From Candidatus Latescibacterota bacterium (GTDB lineage Bacteria; Latescibacterota; UBA2968; UBA8231): 64,000 bases of DNA. The stretch covers positions 152,822 through 216,821 of the forward strand of contig CBDFJF010000001.1 of NCBI GenBank assembly GCA_965248265.1, read 5' to 3'. Below the pieces are notes generated by a model. That model saw only the letters and a program-made list of their open reading frames with translations. It did no database searches and had not been told where the DNA came from. Below are positions 1 to 10,559 of this stretch, piece after piece; position 1 is the first letter of the stretch; every line of letters begins with the position of its first letter. The position numbers were made by a program, and so were the translations under genes.

Positions 1-2
1 TG

Positions 3-1892
3 GTGGGAAATGCGCCCGGGAACCTGATCGGATTCGACACAGCGGATTCCCCGAATGCCGTTCACATCCTGCGCATCGGGGATGGTGAGAACATCGCCCT
101 CGGCACAATTGAGCGACGTGGCAGTATTCGGTCACCCAATGTCGCCTTTCTTCCGCCAGGCACGCTCGAGGAGCTCATTTCGGACGAGCCGGAGGGGCTG
201 TTGGAGGCGTTCGAACGCAAGAGTCCCGAAAACCCTCTGGGCATTATCATCTTTCTCGACCTCGGGGCGCGCTTGGGCGTCGAGAAAATCCGCTTTTATC
301 CCCGCAACACCATGCACTCATCCCCAACCACTCCCTTCGAGATCGACTTCCTGCGGGCTTTCGACCTATCCGTCAACGACGGGATCACCCTGACGAAAAG
401 CGGGAGTCCGATTTGGGGTGTGCCTCTGGTGTCGGAAGAAGACAACCAGGATGCCGTTGTGGTGGTGGAGCTGGACCCACCAAGGGTGATCCGACACATA
501 CGCCTCATCTCTCGCTCGCCCGTCGACTTCGAGATCGACGAGCTCGAAGTGATCGGCAAGGGCTTCCTGCCTTCTGCTCGCTACATCTCCGATATCTTCG
601 ATGCCGGACTTCCCGTTGTGTGGGGAAACCTGCGCTGGACTGAAACCGTGATCGGCGATCCCAGGTACTCCAGGCTGGCAATTCGGACGCGTACCGGAAG
701 CGATTCCTCCTACTTCGTCTACAACCGCAAGCGGGTCGGCGATCCACTGGCTCCAGAGATAGCCACCTCCGTGCAGGACCCGATGCGTGAAATGGATCTG
801 GCCGAGTATCTGGGCCATTGGCCGCAGCGCGACAGCAGAAACCGCGACTGGACAGCCGGTTCCGTGACCGACGATCAGGTCAACTGGAGTGGGTTCAGCG
901 CCCCTTTCCCGGAGCATGCTGCCAACGGGCCCGGGCTGCCCGTGCGCTCTCCCAGTCCCCGTCAATACTTCCAGTTTCAGGTTGACTTTCTCAGCAGCGA
1001 TCTGGAGGCCACCCGCGTTCTTCGGTCCGTCTCCCTTGATCTGCTGAGGCCGTCCATGGCCGATTCCCTCATCGCCGAGATCTACCCGCGAGAGGTCGAG
1101 GTGTCCGAGGTCGCTTCCTTCACCTATGCCGTGCGCACGTGCATGCGGATCGACGGCGTCCTCGGTTTCGACATCATCGAGGTCCGCACACCCGCCAGAG
1201 TGCACAGCATCGATGCGGTGAGCATATCAGATTCGAACGGAGAACCTGTAGCGGCCCGCGAGTTCGCCGGTATCGACGATCCCTCCACAACCGCCGGAAT
1301 TGCGATCCTCTCGGTGGCTGAAGACCGGTTCAGTCTCAGCCTTCCCCCTGTCCGGGAAGACGACACGCTCATACTGATTCAATTCAGCGCCGAGGTCCTG
1401 ACCTATAGCACGACCTTTGCCGGATCGGTCAGACTCACCGACGAGCCGGACATCGCGCAGGCTGTCACCTCGGGGGATGCGACATCTCTTGGAGAGGACG
1501 ATGATCCCGACTTTTCCGGCACGACGGTTCTGAGTCCTCTTGTGCTGACGGGGGGACAGTTGCTCGGCCAGTTGTTCGACGATGTGGAGCTGGCGCCCAA
1601 TCCCTTCACACCGAATGGGGACGGTGTCAACGACGAGCTTTCATTGCGCTACAGCCTGCTTTCTCTTGCAGCCGCCCGTCCCGTCGGTATCAGCGTCCAC
1701 GATTTGAGCGGCCGACTCGTACGAGTCATTCACGACGGCCCCGAGCGCAGCGGCCGTTACCGCGACAAGACCTGGGATGGACTGGATGCCTGGGGTCAGC
1801 TGGTCCCGCCGGGACTGTACATCGTGCGAATCTCGGTGGCAGGAGACGCCCTTGCAGAGGAACAAGCCCGGGTAGTAGCGGTCACGTATTGA
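3..1892 (+). CDS. Secreted protein (5' end off-window) with discoidin-like region and FlgD-Ig-like/T9SS-type C-terminal beta-sandwich domain
   Basis: C-terminus has 'ELAPNPFTPNGDGVNDE ... GRLVRVIHDG...WDGLDAWGQLVPPGLYIVRISV', the motif set of FlgD_ig/Por-type sorting domains. Mid-region 'IRHIRLISRSPVDFEIDELEV' is F5/8-type-C-like. A long ORF reaches the window edge. Confidence 0.55.
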   Translation: MGNAPGNLIGFDTADSPNAVHILRIGDGENIALGTIERRGSIRSPNVAFLPPGTLEELISDEPEGLLEAFERKSPENPLGIIIFLDLGARLGVEKIRFYPRNTMHSSPTTPFEIDFLRAFDLSVNDGITLTKSGSPIWGVPLVSEEDNQDAVVVVELDPPRVIRHIRLISRSPVDFEIDELEVIGKGFLPSARYISDIFDAGLPVVWGNLRWTETVIGDPRYSRLAIRTRTGSDSSYFVYNRKRVGDPLAPEIATSVQDPMREMDLAEYLGHWPQRDSRNRDWTAGSVTDDQVNWSGFSAPFPEHAANGPGLPVRSPSPRQYFQFQVDFLSSDLEATRVLRSVSLDLLRPSMADSLIAEIYPREVEVSEVASFTYAVRTCMRIDGVLGFDIIEVRTPARVHSIDAVSISDSNGEPVAAREFAGIDDPSTTAGIAILSVAEDRFSLSLPPVREDDTLILIQFSAEVLTYSTTFAGSVRLTDEPDIAQAVTSGDATSLGEDDDPDFSGTTVLSPLVLTGGQLLGQLFDDVELAPNPFTPNGDGVNDELSLRYSLLSLAAARPVGISVHDLSGRLVRVIHDGPERSGRYRDKTWDGLDAWGQLVPPGLYIVRISVAGDALAEEQARVVAVTY

Positions 1893-2213
1893 ACAAGGCC
1901 GATGTATAGCGCTCTATGGTTTTCTTGGACACTTTAGGAGTTGAAGGGCGCTCGTTGAAAGCAGGGGTCGATGTTGCGTCTCCTGCCCCGGTGGGGACCT
2001 TGAGCTGGTGTCCCGAGAGTTGGGTGTGACGGCGGCGACCCTGAGTGGTTGGCGGGAGCAGGTCCTTGGGTCATCACCGAAGGGCCCGACGAGATGTGGG
2101 GCACCGACATGGTCACCACCGTGACCTCCCAGGAGGGCACGGGCACGGCCTTCGTCACCCGTCGACCACTGTAGCTCGGAGCGCATCGGCATCCATGCAG
2201 CGTCCACACGCGC

Positions 2214-2927
2214 TCAGGGTGTTCTCTTGAAGTAGGCTTCCCATTCTTCCAGCGGTTCAAAGCCCAGAATCCTTTTGGCCTTGTCTATGCAAAATTTCCC
2301 GTGGCCTACATAACTCAGCATGTTGAAGGCCTGGAAGTTGTCGGGCACCGACTCGATCTCCAGGGCTAGCCGACAGGCGTGCTGCAAGTCTTCCCAGAGG
2401 ATCCAAAAGGTCTGGAAGTCTTCCCCGGATATCTTTTTCGTGGGTTTGGGGCCCAGGCCGGCAAAGAGAAAGCAGATGGTTTGTATGCCATACGCGCGAG
2501 CGTAGATTTGGCAAATCTCCATGCTGAGCAACTTGGTTAGCTTGTAGTATCCGGTCCCTGCCGCTGGGGGTACATCGACGATGTCAAAATCGTGCTCATA
2601 GGCTGGGAGAACCAACATCGGACCGGTGTGGATGACCTTTTTGATGCCGTGCTCAGCCGCGGCCTTCATGACGTGCCAGGCGCCCTGGGTATTGACGTGG
2701 AAGCTCTGCACCGGATCATGGCGGACCACGGTGAAGTTCATGATGGCATCCATGCCGCGGGCAGCTTCGAAGACCTGCTCATAAGAGGCAATATCCACCG
2801 TAGTAACGGGCTTGCCCTTTGGGTTAGGTTTGATATCGGCCAGACGGAGATCGTAGTATGGTTCCAGGCCCGGAAGCAGATATGGGGCGATCAGGCCAGA
2901 GGCTCCGAGAAGTAGGACTTTTTTCAT
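2214..2927 (-). CDS. NAD(P)-dependent epimerase/dehydratase family protein (Rossmann)
   Basis: N-terminal 'KKVLLLGASGLIAPYL' GxxGxxG, with a YxxxK-like 'YYKLTK'. Local GC is about 50%, clearly below the flanks. Confidence 0.6.
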   Translation of the reverse strand: MKKVLLLGASGLIAPYLLPGLEPYYDLRLADIKPNPKGKPVTTVDIASYEQVFEAARGMDAIMNFTVVRHDPVQSFHVNTQGAWHVMKAAAEHGIKKVIHTGPMLVLPAYEHDFDIVDVPPAAGTGYYKLTKLLSMEICQIYARAYGIQTICFLFAGLGPKPTKKISGEDFQTFWILWEDLQHACRLALEIESVPDNFQAFNMLSYVGHGKFCIDKAKRILGFEPLEEWEAYFKRTP

Positions 2928-2999
2928 GATATCCTCAACCTTTTGAGGTTGGCTTTTTTATCGTTCAGAACCAGTTTGTCCAATTATGACGCCGCATGC

Positions 3000-3830
3000 C
3001 ACCGGTGTCTGTGTGTGGGCGAGACCCCGCTCGACGAACTCGGCGCAGCGCTTCTATAGACGTTGGCTGGGAGGGACTGCGCATACGACGTGGCTCGACG
3101 ATCGGGCCAGGGATGCCGTCGGAATGAACAGCCTGTCCTGCGTGGAGCGACCTGCAGAACCCAGCTCAGGCGCATCGGCGTAGAGCGCTACGAAGAGCTT
3201 TGCAACACCGCGTACCAGCGCGCCAAGTAGTGCGGGCGCCTCACGCGCAGCTCGCACGGTTTCGCGATGAGGGCGGCCAAGCGGCCGCCCTTCTTGGGTC
3301 GCGCGCCTGGGCCGCCTGCAGCACATTCCAGGTGGAAATCGTATTGACGCGAAAAACCGCGTTGGGGCTGGCATGCGGGCTGGCGCGTGCCAGGTGCACT
3401 ACCGCGTCGACACCCTCGAGGGAGTACAGCGTCTCGGCGTAGTCGGTGACGTCGGCCTGCCGGTAGTGGGGACTGGGCGGCTCCGCCCGGGCGGGGAGGT
3501 CCACGCCGATCACCTCGTGATCCGCCGCGACCAGCTCTGGGAAAATCCTGCGGCCGGCGCGCCCCCCACCACACCGGTTACCGCTACGCGCATCGTCTGC
3601 GCTCCTGGTGTGCCGGGCGGCGCCTGGGGCGTAGGTCGGTCATCTCGGTGCGAGCGGCCTTTCGGTCGCGGCCGGCGCCAGCGTGTTGACCGCCTGCGTC
3701 AGAGCCTGCATGTAGCCGATAGAGTAGCCAAGGCTTGCTCGCTCGCCGCCCGCGCCGGTCATACTCGGGACGTGGTCCGGGATGGCGCAGCCGTCGAATC
3801 CGACCTAGCGCCGCCATCACCAGCCAGGCC
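3000..3830 (-). pseudogene. Decayed inverted duplicate of the 3' part of the mannonate-dehydratase gene plus the downstream epimerase gene (paralog of 13040-14208)
   Basis: Minus-strand translation at 3600-3826 gives '...FDGCAIPDHVPSMTGAGGERASLGYSIGYM', matching the C-terminus of the 12189-13265 product with a 1-nt frameshift. 3241-3590 gives 'MRVAVTG...VDLP..YRQADVTDYAETLYSLEGVDAVVHLARASPHASPNAVFRVNTISTWNVLQAA' and then loses frame. Multiple overlapping nonsense ORFs. Confidence 0.5.
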
Positions 3831-3883
3831 AGTGAAATAAAGAAACCCCTGTCTCACTCCCGCCTTCGGGAACGAAACAGGGG
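3829..3883 (-). terminator. Rho-independent terminator downstream of 3954-4892 (part of inverted-repeat copy A)
   Basis: On the minus strand: CCCCTGT-ttcgtt-CCCG-aagg-CGGG-agtgag-ACAGGGG followed by TTTCTTTATTT. Confidence 0.5.
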
Positions 3884-4093
3884 TCGGTTGTCAGCGAAAA
3901 ACAGCAGGATCGGAGAGACCTGCGTTTTTCCAGAATCCGACGATCTTATCGATTCATATGCCGGCCTTGATAGTGCCCCAGGTCTTGTCCTGGATCACCG
4001 TAAAAATATCCGGCTCCAACGGCGCTAATGCAAAATCGGTTTTGGGAGGGTTGTCCGGTCCGGGAGAAATTGACCAGATGCCACTGTATAACG
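3831..4093. repeat. Inverted-repeat copy A (about 260 bp), pairing with 10698-10958
   Basis: The reverse complement of 3831-4093 aligns with 10698-10958 at about 85-92% identity (by eye). It covers the gene 3' end, stop codon and terminator hairpin. Confidence 0.6.
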
Positions 4094-4892
4094 ACTCCCA
4101 GGTTTTCCCACCAGCCGCTTTTATCTTGGGGTCCCTGTCTGGCATCATGATGTTTATGTGGTAGATATCCCCCTCCACGAGATCCACGAGTGGGGGGAGT
4201 GGTGAAGGCGGATCTCCTGAGGGTGTGGGTTCAAAATGATGATAGGACAGCTCGTAGTAGTAGGTCGACTCGCCGAACATTTCGCCGTCGAAACTCCAGC
4301 CGAACTCCCAAATCTCCGTGTTCCCCTCTTGCAGAAAATCTGCAGCAGTTGACCACGGAAAAAAATCGAAATACCCGGTAATGCCTACCGACCCACCCTC
4401 GATGGGGGGAACTGCGATGAGGAAATGCGAGAGGTTTAAGTCCCCATCGGTGGCGCCCTCGTTCATGTCCTCCCACGGAATGTTGGTTGCCACGCGGACT
4501 TCCCAGTCGTCGTCATCCCACAAGCAATTGCTCTCGGAGTCCCGGTCGTGTTCGTCGTCAAATACCAAGGTCGCGAAATAGAGCCGGTCAGTGTTGTCAT
4601 TCCACCCGATGCGGTGGCGTATGAACATGTCGTCCGGGTCGATCTCACCCCGTGGCGTCCCAGCATCGCCCAGCGGCCCAACATCAAATACCTGGAAAAG
4701 CAACGGGTTGGTGATCTCGTAAGTCGGCGGCACGATATCCCATTCCGAGAGGTCCCCATCAATCTGGGGAATTGCCCCATCCGGCCACTGGAAGACGAAG
4801 TTGACCTCACCTGGTGGGGCGTGGGCCTTCGCCATTCCCGCCATACCAACTACGAGAAGCGCTGTCATACCCAGCAAACTAATTCTTCTCAT
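3954..4892 (-). CDS. Secreted protein with CBM9/DOMON-like domain (start chosen at signal peptide MRRISLLGMTALLVVGMAGMAKA)
   Basis: Signal peptide, then 'QWPDGAIPQIDGDLSEWD', which resembles the IDGxLDEW start of CBM9-like domains. The start was chosen at the signal-peptide methionine, so the called protein is 312 aa. Confidence 0.4.
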   Translation of the reverse strand: MRRISLLGMTALLVVGMAGMAKAHAPPGEVNFVFQWPDGAIPQIDGDLSEWDIVPPTYEITNPLLFQVFDVGPLGDAGTPRGEIDPDDMFIRHRIGWNDNTDRLYFATLVFDDEHDRDSESNCLWDDDDWEVRVATNIPWEDMNEGATDGDLNLSHFLIAVPPIEGGSVGITGYFDFFPWSTAADFLQEGNTEIWEFGWSFDGEMFGESTYYYELSYHHFEPTPSGDPPSPLPPLVDLVEGDIYHINIMMPDRDPKIKAAGGKTWESLYSGIWSISPGPDNPPKTDFALAPLEPDIFTVIQDKTWGTIKAGI

Positions 4893-5511
4893 CAGATGAC
4901 CTCCTGGGACTGCGACGTCCCTTACAAGTGACCCTCTTGTCTGCTTACTTAATCTTAATAGGTAGTCAATGTATTGAGCGGCTTGCGCGAAGTCAACAGG
5001 TTTGTCCTGGAACAACCTGCATGTCTCTGTTTTTGAATGAGTTATTCGTGCCATCCTGACGATGCCCATATCGCGTACCTATGGCCTGCGCGGAGGGATA
5101 AGTCCCCCGAATCGTGGCCTTGTGTCGTACAGCGCAACGGCGGCGGTCCGGTAAGACCGGGCGATGCCCCGTGCTGGCCGCAAGGAGAAAGAGCTGACCA
5201 AATCCGCGGCCCCGCCGTATGTTTGGGATGGATGGGGTGCTGGGGCGAGGCGGAGTCATCCTGACTGCGGGGAGCGTCTATGGGTACCGAGAATGGAGGC
5301 GTGCGTGTGGCCGGCCGATGTTTCAGCCCGCGGGAGCTGGGCGTGGTCGCGCGGGTGGTCGCCGACGGGGAGGGGTTGAGCCGCACGCAGTTGATGGATC
5401 GGGTGTGCCAGCGCTTGGACTGGCGTCGGCCCACGGGCGCTTGCAAGATCCGGGAGTGTCGCACCGGCGGCATGGGTATGCGCCGAAGCGGGTGCTGAGG
5501 AATCATCTACG

Positions 5512-6429
5512 ATGATCGATATCCAGCTTCAACCGCAGGACTTCAAGGCCGTCGTCACCGTCGACGGTGAGCTGTTCACGGCGTACCGCTACGGCCACTT
5601 CGTGTGCAGGCCCTACTTCTACCCGGTACTGACCCCTGGCGGCCAACGCCTCACGCGCGGGTACCCGACAGAGGAAATCGAGGGGGAAACCGATGACCAC
5701 TATCACCACCGGAGCATCTACACGGCCCACGAGATGGTCAATGGATTCGATCTATGGGGAGAAGGTCACGGCCATGGCGCCATGCTGCAGCGGGGCGAAC
5801 CGGTTGTGGGACTCGCCGGAGACGCCGCCGCCATCGACGGGATCGTGGACTGGTTCGGCCCCGAGGGACAGCGCCTGCTGGAGGAACGACGCACCATACG
5901 TATACGCGCAGTCGGCGATCTGCGAGTGATGGACCAGAGGAACGAGCTCAGGGCGAGATACGGGGACGTGACCCTGGGCGATACCAAGGACGCAGGGCTG
6001 CTGTCCCTGCGGGTGGCGACTTCGATGGACGCCACCGGCGATGGCCGCATCGAGAACTCGGAGGGTGTGGTCTTCGACAGCGGCCGTGGCGAGGAGGTGA
6101 CATGGGGAAAGCGCGCTGCCTGGTGTGACTACTCCGGCGCCCTGGCGAACGGGGAGGAGTGGGGCCACACCATGGTCGACCATCCGAAAAACCCCCGCTA
6201 CCCCACCTACTGGATGGTCCGCGGCTACGGTCTGTTCACGGCGAATCCCTTCGGCGTCTCCCGCTTCGAGGCCGACGACAGCATCGACGAGAGCATGACG
6301 ATTTCAGCCGGCGACAGCGTGGTGTTCTGCTATCGCCTCATCATCCATCCAGGCCGCGGTCCCGGGGATCCGAAGGTATCGGAGTTGGTCGAGGAGTTTG
6401 GGAAAGAGGGTTTCGTGATCCAGCTGTGA
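5512..6429 (+). CDS. PmoA-family (DUF6807-like) protein
   Basis: 'DDHYHHRSIYTAHEMVNGFDLWGEG' matches the HHRS..H..VNG.D.W signature recalled for the PmoA-like family. No BLAST was run. Confidence 0.4.
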   Translation: MIDIQLQPQDFKAVVTVDGELFTAYRYGHFVCRPYFYPVLTPGGQRLTRGYPTEEIEGETDDHYHHRSIYTAHEMVNGFDLWGEGHGHGAMLQRGEPVVGLAGDAAAIDGIVDWFGPEGQRLLEERRTIRIRAVGDLRVMDQRNELRARYGDVTLGDTKDAGLLSLRVATSMDATGDGRIENSEGVVFDSGRGEEVTWGKRAAWCDYSGALANGEEWGHTMVDHPKNPRYPTYWMVRGYGLFTANPFGVSRFEADDSIDESMTISAGDSVVFCYRLIIHPGRGPGDPKVSELVEEFGKEGFVIQL

Positions 6430-6580
6430 TCGGGGTCCGGGTCGTCGTAGAGAGTGCTGGCGTAGGTGAGGTGATTGCCCTCCCAGGGGCGATCCGGCAC
6501 CAGCGTCGGCTCCGATTTCTCGGCTTCCTGCACCGCCAGCCGAACTCCCTGCTCATCGTCATGGCAACCTTTCGGACTGA

Positions 6581-7063
6581 TCAATAAACGACGGAGAGAG
6601 TGCCGATTTGCGCGTCGTCTGTGGCGGCGTCCAGCGCCAGTCGGTACACATAGATCCCGGGGGGGACGAGCCGCCCGGCGGTGTCCCGGCCATTCCACCT
6701 GAAGTCATCCTGGCCGCTTGTGGACAGATTGGGTGGGAACTCTCTTATCCGCGTGCCGGCGAGGTCGAAGATCACCAGTGATACCGGGCTGTCCTCCGTC
6801 ACGTCGCGAGGCCCGTACGAAATGATGGCCGTGTCATTGATGCCATCCTCGTTCGGCGTGAGGGGATTGGGGAACACATCGATCTCCACCAACAGGTCGC
6901 CACCCACGAGGGTCGTCACGCTCAGGGTGTTGCTGGAAAACCGGTAGGTCGCGTCTCCCGGTTCGACTCGCTGTTTGACCTGGCCCGGATCCGTGCTGTT
7001 GGACACCCATCCTCTGAATTCGGTGCCGAAACGCAGCACCGCAACGTCAGATAGAAGACCCAC
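6581..7063 (-). pseudogene. C-terminal fragment of a FlgD-Ig-like-domain secreted protein (truncated paralog)
   Basis: Begins inside the homologous region ('DVAVLRFGTEFRG...DVFPNPLTPNEDGINDT...GRLVPPGIYVYRL') with no upstream body. It is a paralog of 9754-10535 and of the C-terminus of 3-1892. Confidence 0.5.
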
Positions 7064-7168
7064 AGGGGTACCTGCACGATCGGAAAGGAGAGTTGCTCTC
7101 CTTCTTCAACACCCCTGCCGCCATCGTCCTCAGCCGTGTTCGAGCGCCGCCAGGCGCGCTCAAGCGTG

Positions 7169-9274
7169 TCAGCTACGGCGCAGGTACAGGACACTCATTC
7201 CGTAGACGATGAGGCGTGGAATCGTGAAGCTGAGGTTCGATCCGCTCGTTTCGTGTTCCAGCACAACCGGCTCTCGCATCTCCGGATAGCGCCACTCCAC
7301 CCGCTCTACCTGAAAACCGTCCGGGACCTCACACTCGGCCTGCAGCGGCCCGATTGGAATCGGTATTTCGATAGCGGCCTCCTCGTCCTGTCGGTAGTTG
7401 ATCCAGTGCAGGACCAGAGCGTCAACTGCGTGCGGACGCCATGCCCGCACACGCACGAACCAGGGGGCATCCGTGACGAGCCGGGGGCCGCCGACGAGCT
7501 GTTCCAACTCCGTCAGGAACTGTTGACCAAAGGTGTCGTCCTCGAGCCTGGGGTTGATGGGCATCTCGGCGTCGAGTCCCTTGATCAACACCATTTCCGG
7601 GCGCCAGGGGCCTGTCGGAATGTGCATCATCCGACCGCGACCAGATTCTACGAGAGCTGCGATCGATCCGACGGCGGGTGCTCCACGCCATGCCTGGAGC
7701 AGTGGCTCCTCGTGCGCCGACCCGTCTGTGTCGCGACGGCCCGTATTGCCGGTGAACACCAGAGAGCCGCCGGCGCGGACAAACTCCTGTAACCGTTCGC
7801 CCTCTGCAGCGCTCAGCCGCTCAACGTCCGGCAATATCAGCACATCGTAATCACCGGCGCGCTCCATCAGCTGTTCGTCGAGGATGATGTCGAAGAGCCA
7901 GTGCCCGCTCTCCAGGAGCTGTCCCAGTCTCTTGAGTGCGTCGAGGCAGTCCATCTCCGCCAGCAACTCGGCTCTTCTAGGGTAGACCAGGGCTATTTGG
8001 GACCACGACATCGCCGGGTGGAGTAACTCCTCCTGGGCCGCCATGAACCGCTGGTACCGAATGACGGGGCCATAGTAGTCCTCCGGCGCTACGTTGCCGC
8101 TATCTTCCTCCTCCAGCCCAGGCGGCCCGGAATGAAAAGCCACTGCCGTCCCGTGGTGAGCGCATGCCTCGGCCACCAACACTCGCCAGCGCCGGTAGTC
8201 GTACTTGTTTATGACGAAGGGTCGGCCTCCCCCGGCGGCGTACATGAAGCGGGCGGGCAGGCCCATATCGGCCAGGTACCCCTGAGAAAGTGAGCTGCCC
8301 CATTTGTAGCGTCCCTGACTGTACCAGATAAAATCCTCACCCTTCGCCCACAAATCCCGAGGTAGCAGGCTGCGCTCGTCTTGGGGTTTGAAATCGTACT
8401 TGTGATACCACTGGGCTAGCAGCAGCCCCGGTTTGAGAGAACGGCCGTATCCGGCGAAGATTTCGTCGAACGACTCTTTGCGCCGGTACGCGGCCCCCTG
8501 GCTGAGGATAAACTCCAAATGAGCCTGCGCCTCCTTGGAACAGTCAGGCCCCGGTGAGAGGAGATCCGTTACCTGCTCAAGATCGGCGTTACCGTAAATA
8601 TGCTGGAGTTCCTCCTCCTGCAGCCGCGTACGGAGCCACGAGCTGGCGTATTGCCGACAGTGTCGGCAGTGGCAGAAGGACTCGAAGTGGTAGGTCGCGT
8701 TAAAGCCGTCGAGCCCAATTTCGATTCCCTTCCGCACCATGGCCTTGAGGACATCGAGCCACAGAGGGTTGTACATGCAGCCGTGATATACGCGATACGG
8801 CCAACCCTTTGTGCTCTGCCACTTGAGCGAACCGTCTAGGTTCCGCTGCGATACTTCCTGGGCTCCACCACACGGCGGTGAGCCCAAGAGGTCGTCAGTC
8901 CACAGGTGCTGCCAGGTCTCGCCAAACAGACCTCGCCCCCTCTCGTGGTCACCGAGGAACATGGCAGTCGAAAAATGGCCGACGACTTGCGCACCGGCCA
9001 CATGTATCTGCAGAATTACATCCGCCGCGAGTTCCAGGTTGGCCTTCGTGCCGACTAGTGGCATTCCCACCCACCATCGCTGGACCTTGTCGTCCTCAGC
9101 GAGCGAATAGAAATCCGCCCCAAAGTGCCCGACCTGCACTACCTGTATCTGCGCACGGCGAACGTGATCGACGACCTGGTCCACCTTGGGTAGTATCCAG
9201 TGTTCGATGATACGGCTGATGTGGCGATACTCGTCCATTTCTCTGCCTTGGTTAGATGCCAATCTGAACCTCAC
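7169..9274 (-). CDS. Large hypothetical glycoside-hydrolase-like protein (GH42-like middle/trimerisation-type domain)
   Basis: 701-aa ORF. 'DYDVLILPDVERLS...GGSLVFTGNTG' resembles the class-I-glutaminase-like middle domain of beta-galactosidases. No catalytic motif was identified. Confidence 0.35.
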   Translation of the reverse strand: MRFRLASNQGREMDEYRHISRIIEHWILPKVDQVVDHVRRAQIQVVQVGHFGADFYSLAEDDKVQRWWVGMPLVGTKANLELAADVILQIHVAGAQVVGHFSTAMFLGDHERGRGLFGETWQHLWTDDLLGSPPCGGAQEVSQRNLDGSLKWQSTKGWPYRVYHGCMYNPLWLDVLKAMVRKGIEIGLDGFNATYHFESFCHCRHCRQYASSWLRTRLQEEELQHIYGNADLEQVTDLLSPGPDCSKEAQAHLEFILSQGAAYRRKESFDEIFAGYGRSLKPGLLLAQWYHKYDFKPQDERSLLPRDLWAKGEDFIWYSQGRYKWGSSLSQGYLADMGLPARFMYAAGGGRPFVINKYDYRRWRVLVAEACAHHGTAVAFHSGPPGLEEEDSGNVAPEDYYGPVIRYQRFMAAQEELLHPAMSWSQIALVYPRRAELLAEMDCLDALKRLGQLLESGHWLFDIILDEQLMERAGDYDVLILPDVERLSAAEGERLQEFVRAGGSLVFTGNTGRRDTDGSAHEEPLLQAWRGAPAVGSIAALVESGRGRMMHIPTGPWRPEMVLIKGLDAEMPINPRLEDDTFGQQFLTELEQLVGGPRLVTDAPWFVRVRAWRPHAVDALVLHWINYRQDEEAAIEIPIPIGPLQAECEVPDGFQVERVEWRYPEMREPVVLEHETSGSNLSFTIPRLIVYGMSVLYLRRS

Positions 9275-9753
9275 CGCGGCGCGAACAGTCGCGCGTGGTG
9301 AACATCCCAGGCAGCCAGGTGCGCCAGGAGGCCGCTGCGTTCATATTCATGCTCGCCGCGCATCGCGCTCCCCGACTGCGGTGCATGCGTGGCCTGCAAG
9401 CAGACACGACACTAGCTGCGTTGTTCAAAAGCCTCGCAACGGTGATCGGGGATACACCTCATCCATACAACTGGAAAGCGGCCGCATCTTCACGACAAGC
9501 TACGCGAAAAACGCCCGCGGCATTACTGAAATCCACGGGGACTCTTGGGATTTGCCGTGGGCCTTATTGGTGCGTTCGGAAAGCGGTGTCTGATGGCCTT
9601 TTCCGTTTATCTGAGCAGACTCCTGAGCGCCCACCGAAATGAAAATCGACCCCCAGCAGGCCAGACCCGATTCAGCATGGTCCAAACGGGAAGGCTTACC
9701 CCGGCGTAGACAAATCACCCAATCGTGTTAATGTGTTCCATTTGCATAGCCGG

Positions 9754-10535
9754 TCAATAGACAACAGAAACGATGCCGGTTCGCTCATCACCTCTCTCGA
9801 CTTTGATTGCTAATCTGTATACATAGGTGCCGGGCGGGACCAGCGCACCAGAACTATCGTGCCCATTCCATTCAAAGTGGAACTGGCCGCTTGCACCAAT
9901 TATGGGAGGAAGCTCCGTTATCGGCATGCCTGCAAGATCGAGGACCTGCAGCGTTGCTACTCGCTTCTCCGTGACGTCGCGAAGTCCGTAGGCGATAGTT
10001 ACCGTCTCGTTGATGCCATCCCCATTCGGCGTGAAGGGGTTGGGAGATACATCCACATTGACCAACAGGTCACCAACCAACGGGGTAGTCACGCTGAGGG
10101 AGTTGCCGGAGAACCGGAATGTTGCATTACCCGGTTTGATCTGCTGCACGAATCGGTCGGGATCTGTGCTGGTGAACACGCCCCTCTGAATTCCGTGCCA
10201 AAACGCAACACAGAGACGTCGAAGACGACCTCGATCTGTTTGGCACTATCCTCTTCGCCCTTGAGTTTGGGAAAACCTACCACGACCCGGTCCTCCTGTA
10301 TGATAGGCGGGAACATACTTCGGTCGACGTCCACACCGTCGACCTTGATCGACCGGATCGTATCGACGCGGGCATGAGTCAAGATTTCCAAGCGATCGAA
10401 CCCCTCATTGCTCTCCAGAAGTGTGGGACTTACCGCGTAGGTAAAGGTGGTTGGTTCGAACGAATCTACCTTGGATGGCCAAACCTCCCCCACAATTTCG
10501 TCGGCTGCAAAGTCCTCTTCTAAGCGCAGCGTCAA
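9754..10535 (-). pseudogene. FlgD-Ig-like-domain protein, N-terminally truncated and frameshifted
   Basis: Two overlapping ORFs (10089-10535 and 9754-10179). The join 'FGTEFRG|A..FTSTDPD' is one nucleotide shorter than the paralog at 7010-7060. No signal peptide. C-terminal 'SPNPFTPNGDGINET...GALVPPGTYVYRL'. Confidence 0.5.
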
Positions 10536-10559
10536 CTCGTCGAGCCGCGGCGCTGAGTT

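Noticed and set aside
366-1205. Long ORFs on the opposite strand or in alternative frames of real genes, for example 366-1205(-), 12171-13307(-), 21125-22237(-), 47874-49775(+), 25118-25543(-) and 34712-35968(+).
   Set aside because: These are typical high-GC antisense open frames. Their products are low-complexity R/P/G/A-rich, they completely overlap well-supported genes, and they lack starts with plausible context.
5280-5498. 72-aa ORF '...LSRTQLMDRVCQRLDWRRPTGACKIRECR' that resembles the N-terminal HTH region seen on some transposases.
   Set aside because: It is only a short fragment in a 600-bp divergent intergenic region. There is no DDE domain or inverted repeats nearby, and the similarity is from memory only.
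9275-9753. 480-bp gap between two minus-strand genes, scanned for tRNA/ncRNA.
   Set aside because: No tRNA-like T-arm (GGTTCGAATCC-type) or conserved structure was recognisable. It is left unannotated.
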